Shown here one piece after another: positions 60,934 to 64,000 of a stretch of DNA of 64,000 nucleotides (positions within the stretch are counted from its first letter, which is position 1; every line of letters starts with the position of its first letter). The stretch covers positions 59,644,001-59,708,000 of the forward strand of contig NC_088855.1 of the NCBI RefSeq assembly GCF_963853765.1, read 5' to 3'. The position numbers and the translations under genes are program-made. The notes under the pieces were generated by a model. It was not told the origin of the DNA, searched no databases, and was given only the letters and a program-made list of their open reading frames with translations. This DNA is from Magallana gigas (taxonomy: Eukaryota).

Positions 60934-63369
60934 ATAACAAAAGATACATGAAAGATGGAAAGAAGGGTTGCAGGGACACCAGAGAGGAATAATAGTATTT
61001 TGTTATTACAGAAAGAGACCGGGGTCTTAGCGTTTGGTGATTAGTCAAGGGCGGGAACTGCTGGTGTATCATTATAAAATCAAGGACAGCATGATAGGTG
61101 CAGATCCGCATGCTCCAGTGATGATTCAAATAACCTAATACAAGTACTTGCTGGGAGAAAGAAAATAAAGTACAATGTGGTTAGAATGTAATATCCCAGT
61201 CATTAATGTGATGTACGCTGTAATTAATGTGTTGGTCTAAAAGGAACAGATGAAATCCCTGTTGTATACACAACCAAGTCAGGCAAAAAACTCACAGTGC
61301 ATGAAACTGTTTGTTCCGAGTACGACAATTATTATGCAAGAATTCTGTTACTCGTGCAGGGACAAACTGACGGCTTCAAATAACATGTAAAAAACGTAAG
61401 GATCATATTTGGTTTTGTGTGAATTTCTGGGACGAAATATTTGCATTATAATTTCCTTATACATATATGTGATCGTGTAATTTTTGTAACCAAACTTATT
61501 TTAAACTAGTACAACATAATGAACTTAAAATGATTGACATGAACAAAAAATTATAATAAAGACTGGATGAGCTAAAGTGTATCCAAACGAGTTTTAACTG
61601 ATTATTATTTGATAAATTTTTATCAAAACTACCAACAGGTTTTGAAAAGTGTTCCATATATCAATGTGGGACAAACTCTTTCTTTCAATTTAATTGTGCT
61701 GAATTCCTTAAAGCATTCCTCCCCGTCCCACTTTACTTGATGTATTATCTATGGTATAGATGTTCCCTCGTTTGTCTCCAGTGTTTGAGCGTCGTATCGT
61801 TCTTGATATACAATACCGGGCCAGCTCTCCATTCCTGGTGACACACGTCAACCCCTCCATTTACTAGATTGGGATTCAATTGTTCAGGTGTAAATTTCAA
61901 ATTAAAGTTTATACCTTACACCTGTAGAGACTCACTGTGGACGCTATAGATACTAGTTATAACCTCCTGCTGTGTCCAAATTCAGGAACGCATTTCAAAT
62001 TACAAAGGATTAACTTGCATTTTGTGAAATTTTTAAGACATTCCTGAACACAGAATTATTCTTCATACAGTTTATACACAATTGAAAACACTGATAAGTC
62101 TAGAATTATAAAAAGGGCGATGAATATCGAAAATATACATTTCAATGCTTACTTTAAATGAGTCTGTGGTACATATGATATTTCATCACCTATCTATTAT
62201 TGCAGCATTGTTGCATTTGTAGTGCGTTCGAATTGGATTTCGAGTTGCGCGGTCATATTATAGAAATATTTATTGTTTATTAGCTGTATATAAACATGTT
62301 CCTGGTGACAATAGTTCTCATATTATACATGGTCTTTAAAATTCGGACAATATAGGTTGGAACAATTTGTCCCAGCAACGGAGTTCCAGGCTATTGTGTC
62401 ACAATACATGTGATACGGTATAAAGTCATACAGTAAGAAGTAATTCCTATATAGACGTCGTGGGCCCAAAAAAAGGAATGGGTGTCTATCGGTTTATTAA
62501 AAAGATGTAAAAGGAATGGTGGAATTTATCTTATATGGAATATATATTGACGGCTAAAAGTCGCCAAAATTAAGATATAATTTTTAGGCAGTTATGATGT
62601 TCCTGAATCAGCAATCATTACTGATGTACCATGAGAAATTAATGTGCTGTCAAGAAAAGCATTCAAATTAGTCTCGATTATCGTATATATATCCGGTGAA
62701 GCAAAACTCTTTGCTAAGTTAACACTTTTTTATCCTGATACCAAAAATTGTTAAGAATTGTAACTCACTGAAAATTTGGACGGCTTCAAATAACGTGCCG
62801 AGGAATCCAAGTTTTGAGTGAATATTCAGGACAGCATATTTGCAATTTTTTCCTGTCTATATGATTGTGATCCATGAAATGTGTTCCTCAATTTTGACCT
62901 CTTTCCAAGTATTGCGCACTTAAGGTATCTCACTCGATCCTTTTTTGATTTCATTGCGCAGATGATCATTATATTTTAAACGAATATGATTTTATTTATT
63001 TAATCATCGCAAAAAGATCATTATTTCTTAATTACATAATATTCATAAAGAAAATCCATTTGAATTCAAGAAACAAGCAGGTTTTGGGAGAAACTATTTT
63101 TTCGTGCGGAATGCTTTTTATTATACTTTATATATATTGGGATATATTTTGAGAGTGATAGACGTTTAGCATAAAATCATGCAAATATGGAAAATGTCTG
63201 AATTTTTGAAGCCAAATTTTGCGATAATTATCGAAGTCATATATCTAAAATTTGACTTCACTTACCCCCATGTTTTATTATGTCAAAATGATACTGAATA
63301 CATATATCTAGACAACTGGATTAATTTTATAAAATTCCTTAAATTCAGAATGTTTTTTATTTCAAATCA

Positions 63370-64000
63370 AATTGAAACTATAAAATAATTATAGATATTG
63401 TCTATTTTAAGTGCAAAAAGGTCACAAAAAATATGCAGCTTCGTACAATTTTTTTTTCATAACCCCTCATAATACATATACGGTTTTCACGAGGTATATC
63501 ATACCATCTACCTCGTTCTATAGGCAATTTAGCATTACTTGTTCTAAAAATACAAAAAGATTTCTGATATTTGGAAGGCAGATTCAATAAGTATTTTTCC
63601 AAGGATAATGTGGTTTTAAAAATTCTATGGTTAAAACCTTTTGATGAATTATACATTTCACTATTCCATGACTGCTTGAATTGGTCTAGAAGTATATGAA
63701 AAACAGTTTTCTTAAGCCACTGGATATTTACATTTTGTTGCTACAAAATAAAAGATAGACAATCATTCAATATTTTAACAATAAATTTAAACCAGCGTCT
63801 GTTCATTTTACCCATTGCATTTTGTAGTTTTGACGAAACTTTATTATTTTGTGAAAAGAAAAGTTTACTCCAAAATGCTATCATGCGAACTTTAACATTA
63901 ATTATTAGTGGGTATCGTCCAAGTTCCCCATAAACCATATAATTTGGTGTTGAAGACTTTAGGTTTAAGATATGTTTACAAAATTTCAGATGTAACTTTT
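63370..64000 (-). mobile_element. Non-LTR retrotransposon ORF2 C-terminal fragment (CR1/L2-like)
   Basis: VYGELGRYPL and FRTSNAKLPIERGRW..RENRIC motifs in broken frames. Confidence 0.75.

Overview
AT-rich eukaryotic DNA with spliceosomal introns and two assembly gaps (19382-19858, 28283-28543). It is most likely a Crassostrea/Magallana-type oyster, inferred from the Helentron-borne ~166-bp satellite and the repeat families. (1) About 0-50 kb is a minus-strand tandem cluster of at least ten units of a small Cys-rich EGF-like (MEGF10/SCARF-type repeat) gene family, which I assembled exon by exon. It comprises three type-I membrane receptors with Tyr-motif tails (A, C, D), two apparently secreted forms (B, and E with a coiled-coil tail), two pseudogenes (G, H), a truncated duplicate (F) and two exons of a second subfamily. 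(2) A complete, apparently intact Ngaro-type tyrosine-recombinase retrotransposon (gag, RT/RNase H, YR, SGNH hydrolase; split direct repeats A1-ORFs-B1-A2-B2) lies at about 43464-49170, flanked by a 2,210-bp direct duplication of host DNA. (3) On the plus strand are a 4-exon FABP-family gene and two tandem DCTPP1 genes, the second with substitutions clustered in the nucleotide pocket. (4) A tandem TRIM-like LTR array at 60.3-60.9 kb carries tRNA-like A/B boxes in its LTRs. There are also many non-autonomous Helentron, Helitron, hAT, Kolobok and MITE elements and LINE fragments. All exon models and family assignments were made by eye, with no database searches.
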